Source: Eledone cirrhosa (taxonomy: Eukaryota). From it: 64,000 nucleotides of DNA. The notes below the pieces were generated by a model. That model made no database searches, was not told the DNA's origin, and was given only the letters and a program-made list of their open reading frames with translations. The DNA is taken from contig OZ024743.1 of the NCBI GenBank assembly GCA_964016885.1, positions 98,456,001 through 98,520,000 of the forward strand, in the 5' to 3' direction. Within the stretch, counting starts at the first letter, position 1. Every line of letters starts with the position of its first letter. The position numbers and the translations under genes are program-made. Positions 63,713 through 64,000 of the stretch are shown in pieces.

Positions 63713-64000
63713 TTATCAAATTTCCAAATCCACTACAAAAGTTAAGAAAATTACGATTAACAAAATCCAATTCTAAAATGTTAACGGAATACAATCTTGT
63801 CTCATTTTTTCCAATTTCTGTTGTATAGCTCGAAAACACGTAGATGTCAGGCATATTTGTTTATCAATAATATATAATTGACTAAGATTGTATTTTCTTC
63901 ACTATAATTATTTCCAGCCATTGCTAGAAGGGAAAATGTTCGTTAAGAGATGATGCAGTCATAGTGCTGTTTTGTACTTTCAACAATGTTCTTGCTAATG

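Noticed and set aside
63666-63854. 62-aa ORF overlapping the EXOC3 start
   Set aside because: No recognisable similarity, and the 5'UTR extent is unknown, so it cannot be called a uORF.

Overview
This is AT-rich, repeat-dense animal genomic DNA, not prokaryotic. The tRNA-SINE and RTE-LINE repertoire suggests a cephalopod, probably Octopus (inference). Two spliced minus-strand genes were reconstructed by hand. The first is a complete 23-coding-exon EXOC3/Sec6 gene (63712 to 35965, 756 aa, all GT-AG, phases consistent). The second is the first two coding exons of a Rab20-like GTPase (30471-30449, 8024-7931), which continues off the left edge and has a 22.4 kb first intron. The Rab introns hold a Penelope-like element (RT plus GIY-YIG), a full-length Gypsy LTR element with TSD and a -1 frameshift signal, and a nested stack (RTE LINE > Buster/Charlie hAT > RTE LINE + satellite). 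They also hold three large minisatellites, one clearly born inside a piggyBac-type MITE. EXOC3 introns hold SINEs, MITEs, a Helitron and two more arrays. The long ORFs in the ORF track (4604-6527, 26569-29423) are tandem-repeat products. The most notable observations are a PHD finger inside the RTE reverse transcriptase, the MITE-born satellite, an atypical primer-binding region in the Gypsy element, and a CLEAR/ETS/CRE promoter with overlapping uORFs at the Rab gene. No wholly new system is demonstrated.
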